Assembly: GCA_030682495.1 (NCBI GenBank)
Contig: JAUXOC010000057.1
Coordinates: 98,486 to 162,485 of the forward strand
Length of the DNA: 64,000 nucleotides
Direction of reading: 5' to 3'
Origin: Alphaproteobacteria bacterium
GTDB taxonomy: Bacteria > Pseudomonadota > Alphaproteobacteria > Micavibrionales > UBA2020
The notes below the pieces were generated by a model, which was given only the letters and a program-made list of their open reading frames with translations, made no database searches and was not told the DNA's origin. The translations under genes were made by a program, and so were the position numbers. Shown here piece after piece: positions 62,142 through 64,000 of this stretch (the first letter of the stretch is position 1; each line of letters begins with the position of its first letter).

Positions 62142-62636
62142 ATGAAAAAAGGATTTATGGCATTAATACTTTCCTGCACGCTGGCGCTCGGCGCTTGCGC
62201 ACAGGACGGCTCGGATCACGCATGGGGCATGGGCACGAAGCAGACGGTCGGTACGGCCGGCGGCGCCGTGCTGGGCGGCCTTGCAGGTTCGGCCATGGGC
62301 GGCGGCAGCGGTCGCCTCTGGACAACCGGTGCGGGCGCACTCATCGGCGCCTTCGTTGGCAGTTCGATCGGCCGCTCGCTTGACCGCGCGGACATGGAAC
62401 ATCACAACCGCGCCGTCAATCAGGCCTATACCGCCCCGCTCAACCAGACGGTCAACTGGAGCAATCCGGAGTCCGGCCATAGCGGCTCGGTCACGCCGGT
62501 ACGCGAAGGTATCAACTCTTCGACCGGCGGCGTCTGCCGTCAATACCGTCAGACCATCGTCGTTGATGGTCAGGCCGAAACCGCCTATGGCACCGCCTGC
62601 AAAAACAGCGACGGTACGTGGTCGCTGGCCAACTAA
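62142..62636 (+). CDS. 17-kDa surface-antigen-family lipoprotein (glycine zipper)
   Basis: Lipobox LALGAC, glycine-zipper region GGAVLGGLAGSAMGGG...GALIGAFVGSSIG and a Cys-containing C-terminal domain. Confidence 0.75.
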   Translation: MKKGFMALILSCTLALGACAQDGSDHAWGMGTKQTVGTAGGAVLGGLAGSAMGGGSGRLWTTGAGALIGAFVGSSIGRSLDRADMEHHNRAVNQAYTAPLNQTVNWSNPESGHSGSVTPVREGINSSTGGVCRQYRQTIVVDGQAETAYGTACKNSDGTWSLAN

Positions 62637-62665
62637 GACAATACCACCGTATCGTGGGCTTCAAA

Positions 62666-62723
62666 CCCGATACAACACTACGGGCATCGCCCGATACAGC
62701 ACTGCGGGCATCATAGCCCGATA
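62666..62723 (+). repeat. 2.5 copies of a ~24-27-nt tandem repeat forming small hairpins
   Basis: CCCGATACAACACTACGGGCATCG / CCCGATACAGCACTGCGGGCATCATAG / CCCGATA. The junctions form CGGGC-loop-GCCCG hairpins. Confidence 0.6.
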
Positions 62724-62728
62724 AAAAG

Positions 62729-62760
62729 AAAAGGCCCTCCAACCGGAGGGCCTTTTTTTT
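62729..62760. terminator. Bidirectional terminator between 17-kDa antigen gene and ialB
   Basis: GGCCCTCC-AACC-GGAGGGCC flanked by an A-run and T8. Confidence 0.75.
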
Positions 62761-62783
62761 GTCTTGAAACCCGTACAGGTCAA

Positions 62784-63350
62784 TCAGAAGCCGCAATCGT
62801 CATTGATTGCCTTATACGCAGCCCCCGTGCCTTTGAGGCTATAAGTATCGGTCGTCAGCGTGCCGCGGCGCGATGTTCCTTTGATGACAAGGCGGCTGCC
62901 CTTTTGCACGGCGGCGGCCAGCGCATCGTCGGTCGCCTGATCGGGCGCCCACGCCATTTCGGCTTCTTCCGCCTTGTTCGACAGGTTGCTGGCCAGCGCA
63001 TAGGTTTTGCCGTCCACCGTCACCGTCACAGGCGTGCCTTCCTTGAGCGGATAGCCCATCGACACGCTGATAACGTTCTTGGTTTTATCACCCGCCCAAT
63101 GCGTCACGAAAAACGCGATCTTGCCGCGGTTGACGCCTTTGACATTGGCTTCGGTTTTTTGCGGCTCGCTGGTCATGAAACAGACCTTGCCGGTGGCATC
63201 CTGAAAGCTATGTGCTTTCCAGTCGCCAAAAACGCCGAGGGACTGGGTGTTTGCATTGGCGAAGGCCGTGCCTGCCGCCAGCAAGGCACAAAAACCGCCT
63301 GCCAGAAGGAGGGCGCGGAAGCCCGAAGGAAGTGCCGCTGTATGTTTCAT
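62784..63350 (-). CDS. ialB: Invasion-associated locus B (IalB)-family protein
   Basis: 188 aa with a signal peptide and an IalB-like pattern (WKAHSF...VCFMTSEP...FFVTHWAG...). Confidence 0.7.
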   Translation of the reverse strand: MKHTAALPSGFRALLLAGGFCALLAAGTAFANANTQSLGVFGDWKAHSFQDATGKVCFMTSEPQKTEANVKGVNRGKIAFFVTHWAGDKTKNVISVSMGYPLKEGTPVTVTVDGKTYALASNLSNKAEEAEMAWAPDQATDDALAAAVQKGSRLVIKGTSRRGTLTTDTYSLKGTGAAYKAINDDCGF

Positions 63351-63537
63351 CGAGGGTATCCTTTAAAAATCTGAACCTTATGAGTAACTTAGCCCGTGAA
63401 TGATCCAAAGCCAAGCAAAAACCGTAAAAAGAGACAAGATCGGAACAAGATGTAAAATGACGATGCTTTGCCCCGCTTTCGCCTTTTGCTTGCCGGAAAG
63501 CCTTGCTTTTCAGCCGCGCGCACGCCTAAAAAAGCAC

Positions 63538-64000
63538 ATGGCGCATACTCCGACGCAAGAAGCGGCACGGACGGCTGCATCCGTTCCGCCGCGACACGAA
63601 GATCTTTTGGTGCAGGTTGGCACGCGGCGTGACCGCGCAGCCTTTCGCACCCTGTTTGAATATTATGCGCCGCGCCTGAAAGCCTATCTTATCAAAAACG
63701 GCGCCGCCGAAAGCGCGGCCGAAGAAATCGTGCAAAATACTTTTGTCACCGTCTGGGAAAAGGCGGCGCAGTACGACCCCAAAAAATCAGCGGCCAGCAC
63801 CTGGATTTTCACCATCGCGCGCAACCGCCGTATCGATGCGCTGCGGCGCGAAAAATATGTCGAAATCGACAGCGACAACCCCGCCCTGCATCTGGCCGCC
63901 AGCGATGCGCCCGACGATGCCTATGCCGATGCCGCCACCGTTGAAAAACTGCATGCCGCCATCGAAACACTGCCCGCAGATCAGGCCGCGCTGTTGCGCA
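63538..64000 (+). CDS. ECF-type RNA polymerase sigma-70 factor (3' end beyond window)
   Basis: Open frame from ATG 63538 to the window edge, absent from the ORF track because it has no stop. Region 2 reads FRTLFEYYAPRLKAYL...TWIFTIARNRRIDALRR and region 4 begins LPADQAALLR. Confidence 0.8.
   Translation, partial: MAHTPTQEAARTAASVPPRHEDLLVQVGTRRDRAAFRTLFEYYAPRLKAYLIKNGAAESAAEEIVQNTFVTVWEKAAQYDPKKSAASTWIFTIARNRRIDALRREKYVEIDSDNPALHLAASDAPDDAYADAATVEKLHAAIETLPADQAALLR

Noticed and set aside
62666-62723. Tandem repeat considered as a possible CRISPR array.
   Set aside because: The units are contiguous with no spacers, there are only 2.5 copies, and no cas genes are present.
63442-63464. GGAAC...CGAT upstream of the ECF sigma gene as an autoregulated ECF promoter.
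   Set aside because: The spacer is only 14 nt by my count, against the 16-17 nt expected, and the -10 element is not CGTT.

Overview
High-GC chromosomal window whose gene content suggests an alphaproteobacterium; this is inferred from etfBA, the atpHAGDC order, cpa/tad, IalB and the 17-kDa antigen family, with no search run. About 60 protein genes, one tRNA-Arg(CCT), and no rRNA, CRISPR, transposase or integrase. Housekeeping flanks: uvrC, pgsA, cdd-deoA, nhaA, icd, folD, two cyclophilins and etfBA on the left; gabD, atpHAGDC, sco, msrA, htpG, pdxH and a 3'-truncated ECF sigma gene (missing from the ORF track) on the right. The centre (14.1-42.5 kb) is a ~28-kb surface-adhesion supercluster. 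It holds a type I secretion operon (2384-aa modular RTX adhesin, TolC, ABC, HlyD) next to a complete Tad/Cpa pilus locus. That locus has two flp pilins, cpaABCDEF, tadBC, tadD and a TadE/TadF/TadG-VWA minor-pilin operon. The best candidate for something undescribed is the gene pair heading the minor-pilin operon: a 697-aa tail-anchored kinase-like protein lacking the catalytic residues, tightly coupled to a small polytopic membrane protein. Other items worth a look are a strongly AT-shifted single-gene islet (Nudix plus unknown domain) beside the tRNA, a 100-bp perfect direct repeat inside the adhesin gene, and a near-consensus promoter driving a structured attenuator-like leader upstream of an ankyrin-repeat gene. 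All calls rest on reading motifs in the supplied translations and DNA, so novelty claims are hypotheses.
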